64,000 nt of DNA from Escherichia coli (lineage in GTDB: Bacteria > Pseudomonadota > Gammaproteobacteria > Enterobacterales > Enterobacteriaceae), in the NCBI RefSeq assembly GCF_003334355.1, contig NZ_QOWP01000008.1; one strand, 5' to 3'. Within the stretch, counting starts at the first letter, position 1. Each line of letters opens with the position of its first letter. Made by a program: the position numbers and the translations under genes. A model generated the notes under the pieces. It saw nothing but the letters and a program-made list of their open reading frames with translations, did no database searches and was not told the origin of the DNA. This document shows positions 62,458 through 64,000 of the stretch, one piece after another.

Positions 62458-63054
62458 TTACTGCAACTGCGCGGCAATTAGCGGCCAGCGGGCGTCAAAA
62501 TCATCCGTCGGGCGGTATTTAAATTCGCTGCGGACAAAGCGTGACAGCATACCTTCACAGAAGGCCAGGATCTGGCTTGCCAGCAGGGTTTCATCGGTGG
62601 TGTAACCTTCACCCTCACGCATTCTCTTTTCACGCAATACCTGGCGCAGCTGCGCTTCAATACGCTCGAACAGCTGGTTGATGCGCCCTTGCAGGCGATC
62701 CTGTTCAAACATTAGCGCATGACCAGTGAGGATGCGGGTCAGGCCAGGATTACGCTCACCAAAACCGAGAAGCAGCAACACAATCAGACGCAGGCGCGCT
62801 GTGGTGTCTTTCTCATCTTTCAGAATCAGGTTGATGCGAGTAATCAGGCTATCTTCGATAAACTCAATCAGGCTATCGAACATGCGGGTCTTACTGGGGA
62901 AGTGGCGATACAGTGCCGCTTCGGAAACGCCGACAGAGGCGGCCAGTTTTGCCGTCGTGATACGTTGGCTTCCATCGCTGGATTCCAGCATCAGCGCCAG
63001 AGACTGAAGTATTTCCTCGCGACGGTTCCTTTTCGCAGTTTGTTTTTCTGCCAT
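62458..63054 (-). CDS. slmA: Nucleoid occlusion factor SlmA (TetR family)
   Basis: ORF 62458..63096; start at [20 protein letters not shown] gives 198 aa. Confidence 0.9.
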
Positions 63055-63160
63055 GTTACAAAATACCCCTGAAAATAAGCACTTGCCAGGCGGCACCCAC
63101 GCTATGACCGCAAACGAAATGTTTGCGGCTATGTTATGACGTTATTCGGATGCGTATGTG

Positions 63161-63619
63161 TTACTGACGACCAGAGTGACCAAAGCCGCCTTCACCGCGG
63201 TCGGTGGCGTCGAAATCTTCCACCAGATTAAATTCAGCCTGTACTACCGGAACAAAAATCATCTGGGCGATGCGTTCGCCAGGTTGAATGGTGAAGCTGT
63301 CCTGACCACGGTTCCACACGGAAATCATCAACTGGCCCTGATAGTCGGAATCGATCAATCCTACCAGGTTACCAAGCACGATACCGTGCTTATGTCCCAA
63401 TCCGGAGCGCGGCAGCATCATTGCCGCCAGTGAAGGATCGGCAATATGAATCGCCAGCCCGGTCGGAACCAGCGTAGTGTCACCCGGAGCCAGTTCTACG
63501 GCGTCGTCGAGACAGGCACGCAGGTCAAGTCCGGCAGAGCCAGAGGTGGCATAAGTCGGGAGCGGAAATTCCTTCCCAACGCGCGGGTCCAGAATCTTAA
63601 CGTCGATTTTTTTCATCAT
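63161..63619 (-). CDS. dut: dUTP diphosphatase (dUTPase); start may be the second ATG (63616)
   Basis: 152-aa [38 protein letters not shown]; 5' end overlaps the dfp 3' end in another frame. Confidence 0.95.
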
Positions 63620-64000
63620 AACGGGTCACGATCTCGTCGAGTAATAATTGGCCAAGGAGCTCTTTGCGCTCAAGCGGTAAGACTTTATCTCCGTCCTGCC
63701 AGAAAAGGTGTAATGCGTTGTTGTCGCTGTTAAACCCTTGAGTTGGCTGGGAAACATCGTTCGCGCAGATCAGATCAAGGTTTTTACGGATACGTTTTTG
63801 CCGGGCGTATTCTTCCACATTATTTGTTTCGGCGGCAAATCCAACGACGTAGGGTCGATGGTCTTTTAGTGCGGCAACGCCTGCGACGATATCGGGGTTT
63901 TTAACCATTTTTATTGTTAATTCATCACCCTGCGTGGCCTGCTTTTTGATTTTCTCTGGGGCCACGGTAGCTGCGCGATAATCAGCCACGGCGGCGCAAC
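63597..64000 (-). CDS. dfp: Phosphopantothenoylcysteine decarboxylase/synthetase CoaBC, C-terminal part (5' end beyond the window)
   Basis: ORF 63597..63989 ends ...[15 protein letters not shown]; reading frame stays open to the window edge. Confidence 0.9.

Overview
This window reads as a conserved Enterobacteriaceae (Escherichia coli-type) core chromosome segment, syntenic with the K-12 yidB-yidA ... dut-dfp region in inverted orientation. All gene names and reference protein lengths are from memory of E. coli K-12, not from a database search; coordinates of small motifs may be off by 1-2 nt. Gene order: yidB' (3' end), yidA, yidX, dgoRKADT, cbrA, yidR, yidQ, ibpAB, yidE, yidP, glv PTS/phospho-alpha-glucosidase locus, yidLKJIHGF, emrD, tisB/istR, ivbL-ilvBN, uhpABCT, ade, adeQ, yicN, nepI, yicS, nlpA, yicL, setC, selC (tRNA-Sec), yicJ, yicI, yicH, xanP, gltS, recG, trmH, spoT, rpoZ, gmk, ligB, yicG, dinD, yicC, rph, pyrE, slmA, dut, dfp'. 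Every long ORF not assigned is an antisense or alternate-frame shadow of one of these genes. I found no rRNA, CRISPR array, transposase, integrase, phage or defence-island content, and no inserted accessory block, so I do not see evidence for a novel system here. The most notable observations are three apparently disrupted genes: an in-frame TAG in the glv PTS EIICB gene, a frameshift in yidP, and an in-frame TAA in setC. rph appears to be the wild-type 238-codon form rather than the K-12 rph-1 allele, so the source is probably not MG1655/W3110. Also noted: the tisB/istR-1 toxin/antisense locus, two LexA boxes, candidate CRP and PurR sites, DgoR operator repeats, an unoccupied selC integration site, and the poorly characterised yidJ/yidK/yidL/yidF sulfatase cluster.
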